From a virus (taxonomy: Duplodnaviria; Heunggongvirae; Uroviricota; Caudoviricetes), in the IMG/VR virus record IMGVR_UViG_2648501400_000006: 15,134 nt of DNA; one strand, 5' to 3'. Position 1 is the first letter of the stretch, and the number at the start of each line of letters is the position of its first letter. The notes beneath the pieces are model-generated. The model was not told where the DNA came from. It was given only the letters and a program-made list of their open reading frames with translations, and made no database searches. Positions 8,484-15,134 of this stretch are shown piece after piece. The position numbers and the translations under genes were made by a program.

Positions 8484-9061
8484 ACACGGCAGCGGAAGCC
8501 ATCCGGGCGCTGTCGTTACAGGTGCCGGGATTCCGCCGTCAGATGAACGAAGGCTGGTACCAGATACGTATTCGCGGTGAGGACACGGCACCGGAGGCGG
8601 TGTACGCCCGTCTTCACGAACCTCTGGGTGAGGGGGCGGTCATCCACATTGTGCCGCGACTGGCCGGAGCCGGAAAGGGCGGACTGCAGATTGTGCTGGG
8701 GGCGGCGGCCATCGTGGGGTCGTTCTTCACTGCCGGGGCATCAATGGCGTTATGGGGTTCAGCCCTGGCAGCCGGCGGTTTTTCTGCCACCACGATGCTG
8801 TTTTCACTGGGGGCCGGCATGATTCTGGGTGGTGTGGCTCAGATGCTTGCCCCGAAGGCCAAAGTACCGGAGTACAAAAGCACGGATAACGGCAGACAGA
8901 ACACGTATTTTTCGTCACTGGACAACATGATTGCCCAGGGGAACCCGATGCCGGTGCCTTACGGGGAAATGCTGGTTGGCTCCCGCCGTATATCCCAGGA
9001 CATCAGTACCCGTGATGAAGGCGGTGACGGGAAGGTGGTGGTTATCGGGCGGCAGGCATAA
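8381..9061 (+). CDS. I: Tail tip assembly protein I-like
   Basis: 226 aa; …LASP..ARICL.GDLQRFGRR…AEAIRAL..Q.P.FR…GWYQ.RI.G.D…GAVIHIVPR.AGA..GG.QIVLGAAAI.GSFFTAGA…FSLGA.M.LGGVAQMLAPKA..P…TDNG.QNTYFSSLDNM.AQGN..PV.YGEM.VGSR..SQ.IST.DEG…VVVIGR matches lambda gpI; starts 103 nt before the K stop. Confidence 0.9.
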   Translation: MATTNAFCLASPPLARICLHGDLQRFGRRLSLYVNTAAEAIRALSLQVPGFRRQMNEGWYQIRIRGEDTAPEAVYARLHEPLGEGAVIHIVPRLAGAGKGGLQIVLGAAAIVGSFFTAGASMALWGSALAAGGFSATTMLFSLGAGMILGGVAQMLAPKAKVPEYKSTDNGRQNTYFSSLDNMIAQGNPMPVPYGEMLVGSRRISQDISTRDEGGDGKVVVIGRQA

Positions 9062-9066
9062 AAGCG

Positions 9067-9104
9067 AAAAAATCCCGCAGTGCTCACGGACAGGAACTGC
9101 GGGA
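9067..9104 (-). terminator. Minus-strand intrinsic terminator candidate (stem 9073-9080/9097-9104 followed on the minus strand by T6 = complement of A6 at 9067-9072)
   Basis: Read directly: AAAAAA-TCCCGCAG-(16-nt loop)-CTGCGGGA on the + strand; on the - strand this is hairpin then TTTTTT. Located about 150 nt past the sodC stop in the sodC transcription direction, abutting the I stop. Confidence 0.45.
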
Positions 9105-9221
9105 GCGTTACGAAGATTGAGTGTAAGGAATTATTCTTATGTCACGACAAAAACATTAACTCAGAGAGGGAGGATGTGCCGTTCTTTTCAGGGAGAAAGG
9201 ATTTATCGTCCTGAGGAATAA

Positions 9222-9245
9222 AGGTAAGGGGCCCGCCCCTTACCT
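9222..9245 (-). terminator. GC-rich 10-bp hairpin (AGGTAAGGGG-CCCG-CCCCTTACCT) 6 nt downstream of the sodC stop; weak U-tract
   Basis: Perfect inverted repeat read in sequence; on the - strand it is followed by TTTATTCCTC. Could be a sodC terminator or transcript-stabilising hairpin. Confidence 0.4.
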
Positions 9246-9251
9246 GACTGA

Positions 9252-9779
9252 TTATTGAATGATGCCGCAGGCCATTCTCGCACCACCACCGCCCAGGGAC
9301 TCCGGATGGTCATGATGGTTATCACCGCCAGCATGAAGCATGAGAGAACGCCCTTTAATCTCTTTTAATGAGTTCAGTCTCGGGGCCAGGACCGGGTAGT
9401 TCGCTTTTCCGTCATGCGTCACGAACAGCGCAGGGAGGTCGCCCAGGTGTCCATCCGGAGACCAGGGGCCAAGATGTTTGCCGGTGTTTTTCGGGTCAAA
9501 GTGACCGCCAGCCGATAATGCTGCGACCGGTTTTCCGTCTTTCAGTGCCGGGGCGCAATTTCCTTTTTCGTGCACATGAAAACCATGAATGCCTTCAGAC
9601 AGAGAGTGAAGGGCTGGTGTGAACAGCAGACCGTAGGGGGTCTCCTGAATGGTTATTTTTCCAATGCTGACTTCTTTTCCGTCAGCACTGACAAGGTTCA
9701 TTGGGACTTCCTGTTCTGCTGCGTATCCGCATGATGCTGCTGTCAGCATGGCAATAGCAGCAATGATTTTACATTTCAT
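9252..9779 (-). CDS. sodC: Periplasmic Cu,Zn superoxide dismutase (prophage-encoded SodC)
   Basis: Minus-strand ORF; chosen start is the ATG at 9777-9779 ([20 protein letters not shown]… signal-peptide-like N-terminus) with GAGGA RBS 4 nt upstream. Translation contains hallmark Cu,Zn-SOD motifs (…[22 protein letters not shown]…AGGHFDP..TGKH.GP…[14 protein letters not shown]…APRL.SL.EIKG.SLM.H.GGDN..D.P..LGGGGAR.ACGIIQ). The longer 9252-10286 ORF in the track is an upstream read-through without support. Confidence 0.9.
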   Translation of the reverse strand: MKCKIIAAIAMLTAASCGYAAEQEVPMNLVSADGKEVSIGKITIQETPYGLLFTPALHSLSEGIHGFHVHEKGNCAPALKDGKPVAALSAGGHFDPKNTGKHLGPWSPDGHLGDLPALFVTHDGKANYPVLAPRLNSLKEIKGRSLMLHAGGDNHHDHPESLGGGGARMACGIIQ

Positions 9780-9912
9780 AAAATCCTCATTAATTCCGTT
9801 AACAGACTGAGCTTGCTGGTTACAGGGTAACAAACAGCGTTCTGATGATATCGCGCAATAGCTGTGCAATATCCTGTCACTGCGATTAATAATACCAATT
9901 GAGAGGAACATT
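9780..9912. promoter_or_regulatory. Divergent sodC/J intergenic region; presumed sodC promoter (exact -35/-10 not resolved)
   Basis: 133-bp AT-richer spacer between the sodC start (minus) and the J start (plus); sodC is antisense to the late operon so needs its own promoter here. I could not confidently assign sigma70 hexamers by eye. Confidence 0.3.
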
Positions 9913-12900
9913 ATGGGCAAAGGTGGCGGCAGGGCGCACACGCCTCGAGAGGCGAAGGATAATCTCAAATCCACGCAGATGATGAGTGTGATTGATGCGA
10001 TTGGTGAGGGACCGATAGAAGGCCCGGTGAAGGGGCTGCAGAGTATCCTGGTGAACAAAACCCCGCTGACGGACACGGACGGCAATCCTGTGATACACGG
10101 TGTGACCGCGGTCTGGCGCGCCGGGGAGCAGGAGCAGACACCACCGGAAGGCTTTGAGTCCTCCGGAGCTGAAACCGGACTGGGCGTGGAAGTGACGAAG
10201 GCAAAGCCGGTAACGCGCACCATTACATCCGCGAACATTGACCGCCTGCGGGTCACCTTCGGGGTGCAGTCACTGTTGGAGACCACCTCAAAGGGCGACC
10301 GTAATCCCTCTTCTGTCCGACTGCTGATTCAGTTGCAGCGTAACGGTAACTGGGTGACGGAAAAGGATGTCACCATTAACGGCAGGACCACCTCACAGTA
10401 CCTGGCGTCGGTGATTCTGGAGAATCTGCCTGAGCGGCCCTTTAACATCCGGATGGTCCGGGAGACAGCGGACAGCACCTCGGACCAGCTGCAGAATAAG
10501 ACGCTCTGGTCGTCATACACCGAAATCATCGATGTGAAACAGTGCTACCCGAACACGGCGATTGTGGGGCTGCAGGTGGATGCGGAGCAGTTTGGCGGTC
10601 AGCAGATGACGGTGAACTACCATATCCGAGGTCGCATCATCCAGGTGCCGTCAAACTATGACCCGGAAAAACGCACGTACAGCGGCATCTGGGACGGCAG
10701 CCTGAAACCGGCATACAGCAACAACCCGGCCTGGTGCCTGTGGGACATGCTGACTCACCCGCGCTACGGCATGGGAAAACGTCTGGGGGCGGCAGACGTG
10801 GACAAATGGGCGCTGTATGCCATCGGGCAGTACTGCGACCAGACGGTCCCGGATGGTTTCGGGGGCACAGAGCCGCGGATGACCTTTAATGCGTACCTGT
10901 CACAACAGCGTAAGGCATGGGATGTGCTCAGTGATTTCTGCTCGGCGATGCGATGTATGCCGGTATGGAACGGCCAGACGCTGACGTTCGTTCAGGACCG
11001 CCCGTCGGATGTGGTGTGGCCGTACACCAACTGCGATGTGGTGGTGGATGATAACGGCGTGGGGTTTCGCTACAGCTTCAGCGCCCTGAAGGACCGCCAC
11101 ACGGCGGTGGAGGTGAATTACACCGACCCGCAGAACGGCTGGCAGACCTCCACGGAACTGGTGGAAGACCCGGAAGCCATACTGCGCTACGGGCGCAACC
11201 TGCTGAAGATGGATGCGTTCGGTTGCACCAGTCGCGGTCAGGCCCACCGTGCCGGGCTGTGGGTGATAAAGACCGGACTGCTGGAAACGCAGACGGTGGA
11301 TTTCACGCTCGGGTCACAGGGGCTGCGTCACACACCCGGTGACATTATTGAAATCTGTGATAACGACTATGCCGGGACCATGACCGGCGGACGTATCCTG
11401 TCCATCGATGCCGCCAGCCGCACCCTGACACTGGACCGTGAGGTGACCCTGCCGGAGACAGGTGCCGCCACGGTGAACCTGATTAACGGCAGCGGTAAGC
11501 CGGTGAGCGTGGCCATCACTGCACACCCCGCGCCGGACCGGATACAGGTCAGCACCCTGCCTGATGGTGTGGAGACATACGGTGTATGGGGACTCTCCCT
11601 GCCGTCACTACGTCGTCGCCTGTTCCGCTGTGTCTCCATCCGGGAAAACACGGACGGCACCTTTGCCATCACGGCGGTGCAGCACGTACCGGAAAAAGAA
11701 GCCATTGTGGATAACGGGGCCAGCTTTGAGCCACTGTCCGGTTCGCTGAACAGCGTCATCCCGCCGGCTGTGCAGCACCTGACGGTGGAGGTGAGCGCGG
11801 CTGACGGTCAGTATCTGGCACAGGCGAAATGGGACACGCCGCGGGTGGTGAAGGGTGTGCGCTTCAGTCTGCGCCTGACCAACGGAAGCGGAGAAGACAG
11901 CCGTCTGGTGACCACCGCCATCACTGCGGATACAGAGCATCGTTTCAGTGGTCTGCCGCTCGGGGAATACACCCTGACAGTCAGGGCAATTAACAGTTAT
12001 GGCCAGCAGGGCGAACCGGCCACCACCACCTTCCGGATTAACGCGCCAGCAAAACCCGCCACCATTGAACTGACGCCGGGGTATTTTCAGATAACGGCGG
12101 TCCCGCGTCTTGCGGTGTATGACCCGACGGTACAGTTTGAGTTCTGGTTTTCGGAGGCAAAAATCGCAGACACATCTCAGGTGGAAACCTCTGCCCGTTA
12201 TCTGGGGACCGGCAGTCAGTGGAGTGTATCCGGCCCGCACATTAAGCCCGGGAAGGATTTCTGGTTTTACGTGCGCAGCGTCAACCTGGTGGGGAAATCT
12301 GCGTTTGTGGAAGTCAGCGGGCAGCCCAGCAATGATGGTGAAGGGTATCTGGAATTTTTCCGGGAAAAAATAGGAAAACTGCATCTGGCTCAGGGGCTAT
12401 GGGAGCTGATAGACAACAGCCAGCTTGCGGATGAGATGGCGGAGATGAAGACCACCATCACCGAAACCCGCAATGAAATCACACAGACGGTCAGTAAAAC
12501 GCTGGAAGACCAGAGCGCCACCATTCAGCAGATACAGCGCGTGCAGAAGGACACAAATGATGACCTGGCTGCGCTGTACATGCTGAAGGTTCAAAAAACG
12601 AAAGACGGCATTCCCTATGTGGCCGGGATTGGTGCAGGGATTGAGGATACTGATGGCCAGCCACTGAGCAACATACTGCTGCTGGCTGACCGTATCGCGA
12701 TGATAAATCCGGAGAGCGGCAACAGCACTCCGTTATTTGTGGCGCAGGGGAATCAGCTGTTCATGAACGACGTGTTCCTGAAGCGTCTGTTTGCGGCGAG
12801 TATCACGTCATCCGGCAACCCCCCGACGTTTTCCCTGACGCCGGAAGGGAAGCTGACAGCCAGGAACGCGGATATCAGCGGAGCAATTACCGCGAATACC

Positions 12901-13389
12901 GGCACGCTCAATAATGTCACCATTAACGAGAACTGTGTCATCAGAGGGAAACTGTCTGCAAACCAGATTGAAGGCGACCTGGTGAAGACGGTGGGGAAAG
13001 CCTTTCCCCGGAATAACAGTTATGCCAGCGGGACGGTAACCGTCACAGTTTACGATGACCAGGGCTTCGACCGGCAGATTATCATTCCCCCGGTGCTGTT
13101 TCGCGGGACGAAACACCAGAATTTCAACAGCCCGAATCAGCAGTCGTACTGGTATTCCACCTGTAAGCTGCAGGTGCTGAAGAACGGGGTTGAGATTTTC
13201 CATGAACCGGCAACGGATGTCAGCCGGGTGTTCTCATCGGTGATAGATATGCCGGCAGGGCGGGGTCATGTCACCCTGACGTTTAATGTGTCGTCGGCCG
13301 GTGCGAACAACTGGACGCCGACAACGTACATCAGTGATTTACTGGTTGTGGTCATGAAAAAATCCACGGCAGGGATCAGTATCAGCTGA
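9913..13389 (+). CDS. J: Tail tip / host-specificity protein J-like (central tail fibre)
   Basis: 1158 aa; GAGAGGAA RBS at 9901-9908; N-terminus MGKG…[35 protein letters not shown]… and long stretches (…[52 protein letters not shown]…[34 protein letters not shown]…[32 protein letters not shown]…[17 protein letters not shown]…) match lambda gpJ; the C-terminal ~150 aa diverge. Confidence 0.9.
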   Translation: MGKGGGRAHTPREAKDNLKSTQMMSVIDAIGEGPIEGPVKGLQSILVNKTPLTDTDGNPVIHGVTAVWRAGEQEQTPPEGFESSGAETGLGVEVTKAKPVTRTITSANIDRLRVTFGVQSLLETTSKGDRNPSSVRLLIQLQRNGNWVTEKDVTINGRTTSQYLASVILENLPERPFNIRMVRETADSTSDQLQNKTLWSSYTEIIDVKQCYPNTAIVGLQVDAEQFGGQQMTVNYHIRGRIIQVPSNYDPEKRTYSGIWDGSLKPAYSNNPAWCLWDMLTHPRYGMGKRLGAADVDKWALYAIGQYCDQTVPDGFGGTEPRMTFNAYLSQQRKAWDVLSDFCSAMRCMPVWNGQTLTFVQDRPSDVVWPYTNCDVVVDDNGVGFRYSFSALKDRHTAVEVNYTDPQNGWQTSTELVEDPEAILRYGRNLLKMDAFGCTSRGQAHRAGLWVIKTGLLETQTVDFTLGSQGLRHTPGDIIEICDNDYAGTMTGGRILSIDAASRTLTLDREVTLPETGAATVNLINGSGKPVSVAITAHPAPDRIQVSTLPDGVETYGVWGLSLPSLRRRLFRCVSIRENTDGTFAITAVQHVPEKEAIVDNGASFEPLSGSLNSVIPPAVQHLTVEVSAADGQYLAQAKWDTPRVVKGVRFSLRLTNGSGEDSRLVTTAITADTEHRFSGLPLGEYTLTVRAINSYGQQGEPATTTFRINAPAKPATIELTPGYFQITAVPRLAVYDPTVQFEFWFSEAKIADTSQVETSARYLGTGSQWSVSGPHIKPGKDFWFYVRSVNLVGKSAFVEVSGQPSNDGEGYLEFFREKIGKLHLAQGLWELIDNSQLADEMAEMKTTITETRNEITQTVSKTLEDQSATIQQIQRVQKDTNDDLAALYMLKVQKTKDGIPYVAGIGAGIEDTDGQPLSNILLLADRIAMINPESGNSTPLFVAQGNQLFMNDVFLKRLFAASITSSGNPPTFSLTPEGKLTARNADISGAITANTGTLNNVTINENCVIRGKLSANQIEGDLVKTVGKAFPRNNSYASGTVTVTVYDDQGFDRQIIIPPVLFRGTKHQNFNSPNQQSYWYSTCKLQVLKNGVEIFHEPATDVSRVFSSVIDMPAGRGHVTLTFNVSSAGANNWTPTTYISDLLVVVMKKSTAGISIS

Positions 13390-13408
13390 CGGTTTATTAA
13401 CCCGGACG

Positions 13409-13432
13409 GGCACCTCAGGAGGTGCCTTTTTT
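13409..13432 (+). terminator. Intrinsic terminator after J (stem 13409-13415/13420-13426, loop CAGG, T6 at 13427-13432)
   Basis: GGCACCT-CAGG-AGGTGCC-TTTTTT read directly, 20 nt after the J stop. Confidence 0.6.
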
Positions 13433-13457
13433 ATTGACTGAAAACAAAGAGGTAATC

Positions 13458-14081
13458 ATGCGGCATTTATACGCAACGATATTATTGTTTACTACCCTGC
13501 TGGCAGGAATTGCCTTTCCTGCACAGGCTGAAAGCGGACACGGTGCATTTTCCGTGGGATATGCTCAGGTTCACCCGGGCGGCGTACCGGCATTGTCCGG
13601 TACCGGTGCGCGTGCAGGTGATTTAAAAGGGATTAATGTGAAATACCGTTATGAGTTCACGGATCACCTGGGCGGCATTGTCGCGCTGAGTTATGCATCG
13701 GTGAAGAAAAGTGACACGATGAAGACGGGTGAAAATACCTTCCATTATGAAAGCCTGCGCGGTCGTTATGTCAGTCTGATGGCCGGCCCTGTCTGGCAGC
13801 TCAGTGAGCGGGTCAGTCTCTATGGCATGGCCGGGATGGCGTACACCCGCTGGTCTGACAGTGTTCAGGATTACCGGCGTGATGAAGTGAAACCGGGGTA
13901 TGTGAAGGAGACCACCACCGCCAGTGATGGTCATACTGCGCGTCATCTGTCGCCGGCCTGGAATGCCGGGATTCAGTTCAGTCCCGTAGAGACGGTGGTT
14001 ATTGACCTTGCTTATGAAGGTTCCGGCAGTGGCGACTGGCGCACTGACGGTTTCATCGTGGGTGTCGGCTATAAATTCTGA
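13458..14081 (+). CDS. lom: Lom outer-membrane protein (Ail/Lom/PagC family)
   Basis: ATG at 13458 with GAGG RBS (13448-13451); signal peptide MRHLYATILLFTTLLAGIAFPAQA; …GINVKYRYEFTD.LG…MAGP…YEGSGSGDWRTDGFIVGVGYKF matches lambda Lom including the identical C-terminus. The upstream GTG at 13422 lies inside the J terminator and was not chosen. Confidence 0.9.
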   Translation: MRHLYATILLFTTLLAGIAFPAQAESGHGAFSVGYAQVHPGGVPALSGTGARAGDLKGINVKYRYEFTDHLGGIVALSYASVKKSDTMKTGENTFHYESLRGRYVSLMAGPVWQLSERVSLYGMAGMAYTRWSDSVQDYRRDEVKPGYVKETTTASDGHTARHLSPAWNAGIQFSPVETVVIDLAYEGSGSGDWRTDGFIVGVGYKF

Positions 14082-14107
14082 TTAGCCAGGTAACACAGTG
14101 TTATGAC

Positions 14108-14134
14108 AGCCCGCCGGTTCAGGCGGGCTTTTTT
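14108..14134 (+). terminator. Intrinsic terminator after lom (stem AGCCCGCC/GGCGGGCT, loop GGTTCA, T-tract 14130-14134)
   Basis: Perfect 8-bp GC-rich inverted repeat followed by TTTTT(T), 27 nt after the lom stop. Confidence 0.6.
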
Positions 14135-14145
14135 GTGGGGTGAAT

Positions 14146-15134
14146 ATGGCAGTAAAGATTTCAGGTGTACTGAAAGACGGCACAGGAAAACCGGTACAGA
14201 ACTGCACCATTCAACTGAAAGCCAGACGGACCAGCACCACGGTGGTGGTGAACACGCTGGCCTCAGAAAATCCGGATGAAGCCGGGCGTTACAGCATGGA
14301 CGTTGAGTACGGTCAGTACAGCGTTATTCTGTTGGTGGAAGGGTTCCCGCCGTCACATGCCGGGACCATCACCGTGTATGAAGATTCTCAACCCGGTACG
14401 CTGAATGATTTTCTCGGTGCCATGACGGAGGAGGATGCCCGGCCGGAGGCACTGCGCCGTTTTGAACAGATGGTGGAAGAGGTGGCGCGTCACGCTGAGG
14501 AGGCGAAGAAGAATGCCGGAGAGGCGGAGACGTCAGCGAGGAATGCCGGCATATCAGCCAGTCAGGCAGAAGAGAGCGCTGCAAATGCTGACACTTCAGC
14601 AGGGGAGGCATCGGAGTCAGCCCGGCAGGCGGCAGAAAGTGCAGCCTCAGCAAAGCAGTCAGAGGATGCGTCCTCGTCCTCGGCTTCTGCGGCCGCTCAA
14701 AAAGCCAGTGAGTCATCACAAAGTGCAGCAGAAGCTGAATTGTCAAGAAAGACGGCAGAAAGTGCAGCCGGTAATGCAGCCAGGGATGCAACGACCGCAA
14801 CAGAAAAAGCCCGGGAGTCAGCAGAAAGCGCACAGTCAGCGGAACAAAGCAGGATAGCGGCGGAAGAGGCCGTAAACCGAATCCCCACCGTGGTGGGACC
14901 TCCCGGGCCAAAGGGGGAACAGGGGCCCGCGGGTCCTCAGGGGCCGAAGGGTGATAAGGGAGAGCGCGGTGACACCGGCCCTGTCGGGGCAACCGGCGAA
15001 CGGGGACCGGCAGGTGATGCTGGTCCGGCAGGCCCGCAGGGGCCGAAAGGTGACAGGGGAGAGCGGGGAGAGACCGGTCTGACGGGAAATGCAGGTCCAC
15101 AGGGTCCAAAGGGAGATACCGGTGCGGCAGGCCC
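14146..15134 (+). CDS. stf: Side tail fibre protein Stf-like, 3'-truncated by window edge; carries collagen-like Gly-X-Y repeats
   Basis: Translated by hand (not in the ORF track because no stop lies within the window): [111 protein letters not shown]… is near-identical to the lambda Stf N-terminus; followed by an Ala/Ser/Glu-rich low-complexity segment and, from 14896, [79 protein letters not shown]…. Confidence 0.85.
   Translation, partial: MAVKISGVLKDGTGKPVQNCTIQLKARRTSTTVVVNTLASENPDEAGRYSMDVEYGQYSVILLVEGFPPSHAGTITVYEDSQPGTLNDFLGAMTEEDARPEALRRFEQMVEEVARHAEEAKKNAGEAETSARNAGISASQAEESAANADTSAGEASESARQAAESAASAKQSEDASSSSASAAAQKASESSQSAAEAELSRKTAESAAGNAARDATTATEKARESAESAQSAEQSRIAAEEAVNRIPTVVGPPGPKGEQGPAGPQGPKGDKGERGDTGPVGATGERGPAGDAGPAGPQGPKGDRGERGETGLTGNAGPQGPKGDTGAAG
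14896..15134 (+). repeat. Collagen-like triplet repeat (GGN-NNN-NNN)n coding region inside stf
   Basis: At least 26 consecutive Gly-X-Y triplets in frame with stf, continuing to the window end; this also creates the long Pro-rich shadow ORF on the opposite strand (14369-15109). Confidence 0.85.

Noticed and set aside
8931-9221. 96-aa + strand ORF overlapping the I 3' end and running into the I-sodC spacer
   Set aside because: Starts inside I in another frame, Cys/Arg-rich with no recognisable features, and crosses two hairpins; a GGGAGG-ATG at 9174 has no spacer, so it is unlikely to be a functional start.
9252-10286. Long minus-strand ORF (344 aa) that would extend sodC upstream across the sodC/J intergenic region and into the J start
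   Set aside because: Only the C-terminal 175 aa are SOD-like; a signal-peptide-bearing Met with a GAGGA RBS is at 9777-9779; the upstream extension is Pro/Ser-rich antisense read-through of J with no start-site support.
11608-12384. 258-aa minus-strand ORF inside J
   Set aside because: Antisense to a strongly supported J coding region; no motif or RBS evidence; shadow ORF.
13433-13461. TTGACT hexamer just upstream of lom as a possible -35 element
   Set aside because: No acceptable -10 hexamer at 16-18 bp spacing before the RBS/ATG; likely coincidental, with the T-tract belonging to the J terminator.
14369-15109. 246-aa Pro-rich minus-strand ORF and 140-aa + strand ORF (14435-14857) at the 3' end of the window
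   Set aside because: Both are alternative-frame or antisense readings of the repetitive Ala/Ser-rich and collagen-like stf sequence; the stf frame from ATG 14146 has the lambda-Stf N-terminus and an RBS.
1-15134. Search for CRISPR arrays, tRNA/rRNA genes, integrase/transposase, toxin-antitoxin or other defence modules
   Set aside because: No direct-repeat/spacer periodicity, no tRNA-like cloverleaf candidates, and every ORF above ~100 aa is accounted for by lambda-like structural genes, sodC or lom (or is a shadow ORF); I see no support for a novel system in this window.

Overview
This window is a lambdoid (phage lambda-like) prophage late-operon segment, almost entirely on the + strand, in the canonical lambda order: E (5'-partial) - FI - FII - Z - U - V - G/G-T - H - M - L - K - I - [sodC, antisense] - J - lom - stf (3'-partial, runs off the window). 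All calls come from reading the six-frame translations against remembered lambda proteins and from gene order; no searches were run. The main departures from lambda are: (1) a Cu,Zn-superoxide dismutase (sodC) cargo gene inserted in antisense between I and J; (2) three structural genes that are not intact single ORFs here (V frameshifted near its 3' end, tape-measure H split by a +1 frameshift near 5619-5620, K split near 8030), which suggests either a decaying cryptic prophage or sequence errors; (3) a side tail fibre Stf carrying collagen-like Gly-X-Y repeats. The G/G-T slippery heptamer GGGAAAG is conserved in the right frame. I found no CRISPR array, tRNA, rRNA, integrase, transposase or recognisable defence system, and I do not see evidence for a previously undescribed system; the window is explained by a known phage tail module plus known-type cargo genes.
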